A DNA stretch of 64,000 nt from Parcubacteria group bacterium Gr01-1014_31 (GTDB taxonomy: Bacteria; Patescibacteriota; Patescibacteriia; Buchananbacterales; GWA2-38-13): contig VMFR01000002.1 in assembly GCA_007376135.1 (NCBI GenBank), forward strand, positions 156,870 to 220,869. The letters run 5' to 3'. The position numbers and the translations under genes were made by a program. The notes under the pieces were generated by a model. The model worked only from the letters and a program-made list of their open reading frames with translations, did not search any database and had not been told where the DNA came from. The stretch's first letter is position 1. The number at the start of each line of letters is the position of its first letter. Positions 29,335-36,507 of this stretch are shown here, piece by piece.

Positions 29335-30333
29335 GTGCCTATGCCCGAGACTACCGTGCGCAAGCCCAACGCTTTTGACGCGTTCGTCCACCTGGTGGCG
29401 TACGTCGCCCTGGTGTGGTCGGCCGTCTCCGTGGGCGGCATCATTTTTCAATTCATCAATCGGTTCGTGCCGGCGCTGGAACCAGGCGCGTACGTCTACG
29501 CGACCGACGCGGTCAGCACCGGCGCGTTGCGGTTCCACATTGCCACGCTGCTCTTGACCGGTCCGTTGTTGCTTTCCATGACCGCCTACCTGCACCGCCT
29601 GTTCAAGCAGGGTGCGCTGGTCACCGACAGCGGCGTGCGGCGCTGGCTGACGTACCTGCTCCTGTTCGCCGCGGCGGTCAACATCGTCGGCAGCGTCATC
29701 GCCTTGGTGTACCAATTCCTCGGCGGCAACTACACGGTGAATTTCCTGCTCAAAGCGGCAACCATCCTCGTGATCGCGGGCGGCATTTTCGGCTTCTACT
29801 TTTGGGAGCTGAAGCGGGGTACCTACCAGACCCGCCATCCCGGTGCCCTCCCGCTGGTGGCCGGCTTGGGCGTACTGTTCGTGGGACTGCTGATTGGCGG
29901 GTTTTTGCTCATCGGTTCTCCGCGCTTGGCGCGGATGCGCGAGTACGACCGGATGCGCGTGGACCGCGCGGTGCAGTTGAACTACCAGTTGGGCGATGAA
30001 TACCGTCGCACCGGTGCACTCCCCGCGACACTTTCCAATTTTGACCCGGCGTTCACCGAGGATCCGGAGCATGGCGCGCCGTTCGTCTACCGCAAGGCAG
30101 CCGACGACCGGTATGAGCTCTGTGTGACGTTCGCGGTATCCGCCCCCGAGCCGGTGGTACCGAAGGGCGTGCCGCCGTCGCGCGTACCCAAGCCCTATGG
30201 GGGCAGCGGCGGCGTCGAGCAGGCGTGGTACGAGCACGGCGAGGGCGAAGTCTGTAATACCTTTACGGTCAAGCGCCAAACTGCTGACGACCAATTCATC
30301 GAGACCCAGGTGGAAAAACCAGCTTCTCGCTAG
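29335..30333 (+). CDS. DUF5671-like membrane protein
   Basis: Four N-terminal TM helices then a soluble C-terminal domain, the arrangement typical of DUF5671 proteins. Confidence 0.5.
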   Translation: MPMPETTVRKPNAFDAFVHLVAYVALVWSAVSVGGIIFQFINRFVPALEPGAYVYATDAVSTGALRFHIATLLLTGPLLLSMTAYLHRLFKQGALVTDSGVRRWLTYLLLFAAAVNIVGSVIALVYQFLGGNYTVNFLLKAATILVIAGGIFGFYFWELKRGTYQTRHPGALPLVAGLGVLFVGLLIGGFLLIGSPRLARMREYDRMRVDRAVQLNYQLGDEYRRTGALPATLSNFDPAFTEDPEHGAPFVYRKAADDRYELCVTFAVSAPEPVVPKGVPPSRVPKPYGGSGGVEQAWYEHGEGEVCNTFTVKRQTADDQFIETQVEKPASR

Positions 30334-30712
30334 TTTGAAAGCCCAGCAACGAATATACCCCCGATAGCCTCGGGGGTATATTTATACTCCATCCACTTCT
30401 CCTTTCCACCTTTCGTTCCCGCTCTTTTCTCGCGGCCTGGATATTTCCGGGCCGTTTTTTTGCCCGTTCATATGCCATAGGATATCCACCCTTGATTATT
30501 TGACTGGCGGTTCTATGCTTTGGTTCATCAAATCCACTTCTCGGGGATGTTCAGGATGCCGCAGGGATGTTCTGCCGCACGAGAGTGGCCTTTTCTTTTA
30601 CCTGTGAATTTCGGCTGCGGCGCGCGTGCGTCGCTGGTTGAAAATTTGCAGCACCCGTTCTTTCCGATTCTTTTTTGGACCCCCAGGCTGGTTTCCCAGT
30701 CCGGGGATGACA

Positions 30713-30745
30713 ACGATAAAACCCCGCGGCCGCGGGGTTTTATCG
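30713..30745. terminator. Bidirectional terminator hairpin
   Basis: aaaaccccgcggccgcggggttttatcgttg. Confidence 0.55.
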
Positions 30746-30765
30746 TTGTGCTCGGGACGGGTTTG

Positions 30766-30936
30766 CTACAGGCAGGTGCATTTTGCTTGCGGCTGGTTGC
30801 AGCCCGTGCATTTGGGCTGGCAATGATTGGCGCCGCAACGGTGCGTTGGCTGGGGCTCGGCAAATTCCTCGCCGCACGCATCGCATTTGAAGCCGTCGGC
30901 ACTGCCGTCGCATTTGGCGCAGACGAGGTTGTGCAT
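30766..30936 (-). CDS. Cys-rich small protein (56 aa, 10 Cys, 3 His); metallothionein-like or zinc-ribbon protein
   Basis: MHNLVCAKCDGSADGFKCDACGEEF...HRCGANHCQPKCTGCNQPQAKCTCL. Upstream tataatgagaaaact precedes the ATG. Confidence 0.5.
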   Translation of the reverse strand: MHNLVCAKCDGSADGFKCDACGEEFAEPQPTHRCGANHCQPKCTGCNQPQAKCTCL

Positions 30937-31086
30937 AGTTTTCTCATTATACGGATTTGCCCCCGTCGCGGGCAAGCGCCCCTTGCCGCGGACGGTTTCG
31001 GGGTGTACCATAGGCGCTACCATCCACGTGCGAAGACTCGTGCTTTCTCCCGCCTACTAATTTTATAGGTATCTCCTCGTGCGAGA

Positions 31087-31157
31087 GCGGGTATTGTATA
31101 ATGGCATTACCTCAGCTTTCCAAGCTGATGACGCGGGTTCGATTCCCGCTACCCGCT
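31087..31157 (+). tRNA. tRNA-Gly (anticodon TCC), CCA not encoded
   Basis: Acceptor gcgggta/tacccgc, anticodon arm tcagc-ttTCCaa-gctga, T-arm gcggg-ttcgatt-cccgc. The D-stem has one U-U mismatch, so the parse is moderately confident. Confidence 0.7.
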
Positions 31158-31202
31158 CTCGCACGAGGAAAGGAAGGTAGGCGGGATCCCGCCCGCGGCG
31201 AG

Positions 31203-31313
31203 ACAAGCTGATGACGCGGGTTCGTCCTATACCAGAGCAAAGCACAGTATAGGACGCCCTGTACCGTGTTCCGCAAAGCGGAACTCTGGTACTGGGGCGA
31301 TTCCCGCTACCCG
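31203..31313 (+). pseudogene. Second copy of the tRNA-Gly 3' half (positions 36-72), interrupted by a 75-nt structured insert in the T-loop (between 55 and 56)
   Basis: caagctgatgacgcgggtt + [cgtcctata...ctgggg] + cgattcccgctacccgc. Identical to the intact gene outside the insert; the insert has nested inverted repeats (ccagag...ctctgg, tcctatac...gtatagga, gttccgc...gcggaac). Confidence 0.65.
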
Positions 31314-31414
31314 CCTACATGAATACCGGCGCTGACGCGCCGGTTTTTGGTGAATAAAAAAAGCCCCGGCGGTTGTAGCAACCGCGCGGGGCCAACGGTG
31401 CGGAGCCAACGAGG

Positions 31415-32380
31415 CTACTCGCCTTCGATGCCCGCCATCCGGAAGAGGATGGCGCGAAGTCTAATGATACCGACGGTTTGTCCGCCCTCGGTGACCTCGC
31501 CCACGTGCGGTTCGCGCCGTAGCAGGTGGAACGCTTCGCTGATAACCATATCCAGCGGCACGTCCACCATACCGTGGATGAGCCCGGCTTTGGCCAGGTC
31601 GATGGTGGCGTCGGGAGCGTCGCTTTTTCCCAGATGGTTGATGAGGTCGCGCCGTCGCACGATGCCCAGCACCGTCTTGGGGTCACCCTCCGCGATGACG
31701 ACGATGTGGCTATGGCGGATGGCCGCCTCCACCAACTGCTGGCGGGTTGGCCGCTGGGTGATGGCGGTACATTTGTCCAGCGGTATGTAGAGCTCCCGGA
31801 CCTTGCGGTTGCCGACGCGGATCAGCGTCTGGATGAGTCCGGCCTCCTCCGGGTCCAGGGTCCCGTGCTCTCGGGCCGCTTGGGCGGTGGCGATGACGTC
31901 TTCTTCGCGGTAGATGCGGCGTTCCGTGCCGCCCGTCAGGCGGTTGGTCAGCCGCAGCGCCCACGTGATGGGGAAGCACAGCCACAGCAATAGCCGGATG
32001 GGCACGGCGGACAGCAGCGCCGACCGCATGGCGTACTTGTACCCGATGTTCTTGGAGACGATCTCCCCGAAGAAGAACAGCGCCACTGCGTAGATGGCCA
32101 GGATCGCATTGATGCCGCCGTCCATGTCAATGGAGAGCCGGCCCAGCACCAGCGGCGTGAAGTACGTCAGCAGGTGGATGGCAAACAGGATGAAACCGAC
32201 CACGATCATTCGTTCGTCGTTCAACTGGCGGATGGCTTTGGTCGCGGACGTTCGTCCGCCGGATTTGCCCTCATGGGCGACCACATCGTGGTCGTAGACG
32301 GTCAGCCAGACCACTTCGAGCAGGGAGAACACGAAAATGAGGACGAACGAAATGACCATAACGAGTGTAATGAGCCACAC
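31415..32380 (-). CDS. CNNM/HlyC-CorC-family membrane protein (DUF21 transmembrane domain plus tandem CBS domains)
   Basis: N-terminal 4-TM DUF21-like region, then a CBS pair (IVVIAEGDPKTVLGIVRRRDL, ...). GTG start at 32378-32380 preceded by aaggagg. Confidence 0.75.
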   Translation of the reverse strand: MWLITLVMVISFVLIFVFSLLEVVWLTVYDHDVVAHEGKSGGRTSATKAIRQLNDERMIVVGFILFAIHLLTYFTPLVLGRLSIDMDGGINAILAIYAVALFFFGEIVSKNIGYKYAMRSALLSAVPIRLLLWLCFPITWALRLTNRLTGGTERRIYREEDVIATAQAAREHGTLDPEEAGLIQTLIRVGNRKVRELYIPLDKCTAITQRPTRQQLVEAAIRHSHIVVIAEGDPKTVLGIVRRRDLINHLGKSDAPDATIDLAKAGLIHGMVDVPLDMVISEAFHLLRREPHVGEVTEGGQTVGIIRLRAILFRMAGIEGE

Positions 32381-32577
32381 GGGAAACCTCCTTTGTAGTG
32401 TTCCATCGGGTTGGCGCGAAATTTGCGATTGTTCAAGGACATTCAAGCGCGGTGCTTGAGGGAGGATGCTACCAAAAAAATCATAGAATGTCAATATGAA
32501 CCAGTCGTTCGTCTTGGCGTGAACCTGAAAATTATGGCATAATATACTTATCAACATCACCACGTTTATTTAATTGT

Positions 32578-35295
32578 ATGGAGGGAATGCCCCAGCCGAC
32601 GCCGATGCCGCCCGTTCCGCCACGACCGGTCCAGCGAATACCGACCGCTCCGCCCGTACCGCAGTCCTCACCCGCCCCAAGACGTTCGCATCGGGGTTTG
32701 GTGGTTATCGTGTTGGTGTTGTTGTTTTTGGTCGCGGCGGGCGCCGTGGCTGCGCTCGGGTATTTTGGGGGGTGGTTTGGCCCCAAAAAGACTTCTCAGC
32801 TCTCGGATGACGAGATCCTTTCACGGGCGCTGCAGATGCTGCCAGAGATCAAGTCCGGCTCGGTTCGGTTTGACATCGGGTTCAAGTCCGAACCGCGCGA
32901 TGAGGGGGCAAAACCCATTACCGATGAGATTCCAGGCCTGGAAGAGCGGCGCAAGGCGAGAAATCGTGATGGCGAACGGCTGCAAGATATCCAGCGGTTG
33001 ATGTCCTCGCTGCGCGTTCGTAGCCGAAGTTCGACGAGTCCTTCCGCGAGCACCGGGGTGCAACCCAGCTACCCGCAGACTTTGGATGAGTTCGTGCTTG
33101 ACCCGGAAACGCGTACCGATCCCAGCGGCGGCAGCTATCGCTACAGCAGCAGCGGCAGCGATTTCTCGCTCGCTTTCCGCCTGGAAACTTCATCGGCGGT
33201 GGCCTCCTGGAACAAGCAACTGGATGGTACGCGCACCTACGGCAGTACCACCGCCGCCCCGCCGCGGGCCGTTGTAAATCAGGACATCACCCTGACGGCG
33301 GCGCATGAGACCCCATACGTGTATCTGGGCAGCGACGGTCTGGACCCGCTGGCGATGTTCGATAGCGACAGCCTGGATATGTACCAGTGGCTGCCCAGCG
33401 ATCTGGATACTTCATTCAACATTTGGAGCGATTTCCAGGCGCCGTCGGCCGACGGCAAACCGAGCAACGCATCCGCCGGGCTCGGCGCGAAGGTCGCGAT
33501 GGGCGCGTTCACCTTCGCTGGCAGCGGGGAGGTCCGCAAGGTTGGTGAAGTAATGTACGGCCGCGTCAACGAGTTTCCGGCACTTGGATTTTTCGACCTC
33601 AATGCCATCAAAGGCAAGTGGGTCGCGATGACCGAGGAAGATCTCATCGGCAGCGGCTTGGCCGTCAATTTCGCCGAGGTCAAAGAGGAGGTTTCTAAAG
33701 AGAACGCGACGGCCGTCAAGCAGTACCAGCTGGCGATCGCCTTGGCGCGCGAGCAGGGCGTGCTGAGCATTGAGCAGGTCCTGCCGATGACCGAAGAGAA
33801 CGGCGTTCGCTACCACCACTACCGGTTGAAGTTCGATCGCACGAAGTTCGTCGGTTATTACCAGGCGCTGGCGGAGCGTTCCAAGGCCGAGTTCGGCAAC
33901 GACGCGGTCGTGAAATTCAGCCAGGAGGTCGTGGATTATCTGCAGAACGAGGACTTCGCGCTCGCCTACGATGCTCTGGCGAAGAACACCGCTGCGGAAG
34001 TCTGGGTGCAGGAAAAGACCTATCTGCCGCGACAACTCGCATTCAGCGTCCGTCTGGTGCCGCCGGATGCGGCCATCAAACACGCCGGCAAACAGTTCAA
34101 GCTCAAAACGTCGGTGACGCTGGACAAGGTCAACCAGCCGGTGTCGGTGGAAGCGCCGTCCCCCACCATCAGCGTGGATGAGGCCACGGGGCTAGTTACT
34201 GGGCAGTCGCCGGCGCAGATCGTGCTCCAGCGCCAGATTCGCAACGTGGAGGCCATTCGCACGGCGTTACGGAAGTACCGCCAGCATGCCGGTGCCTATC
34301 CCGAGACGCTTACCGACTTGAAGCGTAAGCCGAGCGAGGTCCCACGCGCGACTCCGACTCCTAAGCCGGCTCGCGGCTCGCTGCAGGAAACCGTGAATAT
34401 TGGACTCCAGTACGGTACGGTCGTGGGGTTTGGCGGAACAGAAGATTGGGAGGAGCCGAGCACCAAGAACGACGCACCCTTCCTCAAGGTTATCCCGAAT
34501 GATGTCTACACCAAGCAGCCGTATCCGTACCAGCGCGATGGCGAGGGATACACGGTCAAATACCAGGTCCAGCTGGTCAAGGATGAAAACTCGGAGCGCA
34601 GTCCGTGGTCGTCGTATGCGCAGTACGTGGAAGGAGAGAATACCGCCGACCAGAGTTCTCTCTCGCGGGAGCAGGAAACGACCGAGGACAGCGATCATGA
34701 CGGTTTGAGCGACCGGCAGGAGCGGGATGTCTATGGCACAAGCCCGTATGATGACGACACCGACAACGACGGCTTCAAGGACGGCGTGGAGGTGCGCGGT
34801 GGCTATAACCCCAAGGGTGACGGTCGGCTGCAGACAGGGCAAACCCAGCCGGAAACCTCGTTGTCGGGAGGTACGACATCGGTGACCATGCGTGACCGCC
34901 AGCGCGTGTCCGACATGAAGCAGCTGCAAACGGCGTTGGAGATCTACTTCAACGACAAAGGCGCCTACCCGCCGGAATCCGGCGACGGTGAGATCGGCAA
35001 CCCGACCAACGGGTTCGGTTGTCTTGGTGATCTTGGTTGGGAGCAGGATAATATGTGTGCGTCACCGATTTACATGGGGTTGACGCCCCATGATCCGAGT
35101 ACCACCGTCGCTAACCCGGGGAATGACAATCCTTGCAAAACGGAAGGTGTGTTGCCGTGCAACTATTCCTACAACCAGTTGTCGGGAAACACTTACGAGA
35201 TTCATTTTCGACTGGAGGCAAACACCGGCGGCCTGAGCAGCGGATTGAACTGCGCTTCCGAGGCAGGCACAAGTAGTAAAGGATGCGTCCATTAG
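32578..35295 (+). CDS. Large signal-anchored surface protein with two internal type-IV-pilin-like head domains and Asp-rich Ca-binding (thrombospondin-type-3-like) repeats
   Basis: Pro-rich N-terminus then a TM helix. Two pilin-like segments (IVLQRQIRNVEAIRTALRKYRQHAGAYP and MRDRQRVSDMKQLQTALEIYFNDKGAYP) and DSDHDGLSDRQERD...DDDTDNDGFKDGVE repeats. Confidence 0.6.
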   Translation: MEGMPQPTPMPPVPPRPVQRIPTAPPVPQSSPAPRRSHRGLVVIVLVLLFLVAAGAVAALGYFGGWFGPKKTSQLSDDEILSRALQMLPEIKSGSVRFDIGFKSEPRDEGAKPITDEIPGLEERRKARNRDGERLQDIQRLMSSLRVRSRSSTSPSASTGVQPSYPQTLDEFVLDPETRTDPSGGSYRYSSSGSDFSLAFRLETSSAVASWNKQLDGTRTYGSTTAAPPRAVVNQDITLTAAHETPYVYLGSDGLDPLAMFDSDSLDMYQWLPSDLDTSFNIWSDFQAPSADGKPSNASAGLGAKVAMGAFTFAGSGEVRKVGEVMYGRVNEFPALGFFDLNAIKGKWVAMTEEDLIGSGLAVNFAEVKEEVSKENATAVKQYQLAIALAREQGVLSIEQVLPMTEENGVRYHHYRLKFDRTKFVGYYQALAERSKAEFGNDAVVKFSQEVVDYLQNEDFALAYDALAKNTAAEVWVQEKTYLPRQLAFSVRLVPPDAAIKHAGKQFKLKTSVTLDKVNQPVSVEAPSPTISVDEATGLVTGQSPAQIVLQRQIRNVEAIRTALRKYRQHAGAYPETLTDLKRKPSEVPRATPTPKPARGSLQETVNIGLQYGTVVGFGGTEDWEEPSTKNDAPFLKVIPNDVYTKQPYPYQRDGEGYTVKYQVQLVKDENSERSPWSSYAQYVEGENTADQSSLSREQETTEDSDHDGLSDRQERDVYGTSPYDDDTDNDGFKDGVEVRGGYNPKGDGRLQTGQTQPETSLSGGTTSVTMRDRQRVSDMKQLQTALEIYFNDKGAYPPESGDGEIGNPTNGFGCLGDLGWEQDNMCASPIYMGLTPHDPSTTVANPGNDNPCKTEGVLPCNYSYNQLSGNTYEIHFRLEANTGGLSSGLNCASEAGTSSKGCVH

Positions 35296-35423
35296 GTTTT
35301 TCAAAAATCGTCCCGGAAACGGGGCGATTTTTTTATTGCGGAATCAGGGGGTAAACTATTGACAATTTAGGTCAATTATGCTAGGATACACACTTCCCCA
35401 ATTAGGGGATTTTTTATTAGACT

Positions 35424-35897
35424 ATGGCCAAAAATTCAGTCTTCCGTCGCTCCTTTGGCGTAGCCGTTCTCGTCTCCACCCTCTCGCTGCTTTTGGCTAC
35501 CTATCCGGGCGTTGCCGCCGCTCCTCAGGGGGTCGACGACTATCCGGACGCCGTACAGCGTCAGGCGGAAATGGCCGCGTCCGCGCCGAAGGTCGTGCGC
35601 ACGATGAAGGTTATGGTGACGGCCTACAACAGTCTGCCCGAGCAGACCGACAGCACGCCGTGCATCACCGCCAGCGGTTACAACCTGTGCAGGGCCAATG
35701 AAGAGAACGTGGTTGCCGCCAATTTCCTGCGGTTCGGCACCAAGGTGCGCCTGCCTGAGTATTCCGGGGAACGGGTCTACACCGTGCAGGACCGCATGCA
35801 CCCGCGGTTTAACCGCCGGATGGACCTGTGGATGCGCGAACGTTCCGCCGCCAGGAAATTCGGTCTGCGGACGCTGACGGTGGAAGTGCTAGAGTAA
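35424..35897 (+). CDS. 3D-domain protein (MltA/YocH/SpsK-like peptidoglycan-binding/lytic domain) with signal peptide
   Basis: MKVMVTAYNSLPEQTDSTPCITASG is the 3D-domain signature; N-terminal signal peptide. Confidence 0.65.
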   Translation: MAKNSVFRRSFGVAVLVSTLSLLLATYPGVAAAPQGVDDYPDAVQRQAEMAASAPKVVRTMKVMVTAYNSLPEQTDSTPCITASGYNLCRANEENVVAANFLRFGTKVRLPEYSGERVYTVQDRMHPRFNRRMDLWMRERSAARKFGLRTLTVEVLE

Positions 35898-36108
35898 TCT
35901 CCATTAGTGCCAGAAAATGCCGCGGTCTTCCGCGGCATTTTTGGTCCCCGTGGCTTGAAAAGCGGTATTTACGGTGGTACGCTGGGGCGTACCAAGTGTT
36001 TGGGCGCGTTTTGCCCCGCAAGGGAAGACCGCCAGTCGAGGAGCTGTCCATTCAACCTTTTACATCATGTCTTTGTCGCGGTGGTGGGCAACATTTTGAC
36101 CCCATTGA

Positions 36109-36136
36109 GGCCAGGTAGCCAAGTGGTAAGGCAACG
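36109..36136 (+). pseudogene. Isolated copy of tRNA-Cys positions 1-29 (5' fragment)
   Basis: ggccaggtagccaagtggtaaggcaacg is identical to the first 28 nt of the intact tRNA-Cys 54 bp downstream. Confidence 0.65.
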
Positions 36137-36189
36137 CGGCGTCACGCGTTAAAAATTTCTTTTCGTAGAGTCGCTTTTGGCGGCAGGGA

Positions 36190-36261
36190 GGCCAGGTAGC
36201 CAAGTGGTAAGGCAACGGTCTGCAAAACCGTTATTCACGGGTTCGATTCCCGTCCTGGCCT
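36190..36261 (+). tRNA. tRNA-Cys (anticodon GCA), CCA not encoded
   Basis: Acceptor ggccagg/cctggcc, anticodon arm acggt-cTGCAaa-accgt, T-arm acggg-ttcgatt-cccgt. Confidence 0.8.
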
Positions 36262-36295
36262 CCTTGCCGCCAACTTCGTTGTTGCGTATTGATGG

Positions 36296-36360
36296 ACGGG
36301 TTTCCCGCCTCCGAAATATTTTTTTAAGAAAGGAAGGCGGGACCCCGCCAACGGCGGTGG
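36296..36360 (+). repeat. Copy B of the ~80-bp hairpin repeat (gggtttcccgcc / AT core / ggcgggacc / ccgccaacggcgg)
   Basis: Block-for-block homology with 26799-26875. Abuts the tRNA-Cys 3' fragment. Confidence 0.65.
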
Positions 36361-36379
36361 CGATTCCCGTCCTGGCCTC
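36361..36379 (+). pseudogene. Isolated copy of the tRNA-Cys 3' end (T-loop position 56 to acceptor end)
   Basis: cgattcccgtcctggcctc is identical to the 3' 19 nt of the intact tRNA-Cys and starts exactly at T-loop position 56. Confidence 0.65.
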
Positions 36380-36507
36380 GGTGCGGTCAATCGCGGTCGC
36401 GGTTCGTGTAGGGGTTGGTCGGTCCTCAGTCTTGGAGGGCCGATTTTTATGTCAGGCTTGCGAAAAATGCCGTTTTCTGATATTCTCAAGCAGTCTTTAC
36501 GACCCCT

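Noticed and set aside
30520-31068. 182-aa plus-strand ORF spanning the Cys-rich gene region
   Set aside because: It overlaps the well-defined minus-strand small gene and runs through a bidirectional terminator. No motif and poor composition.
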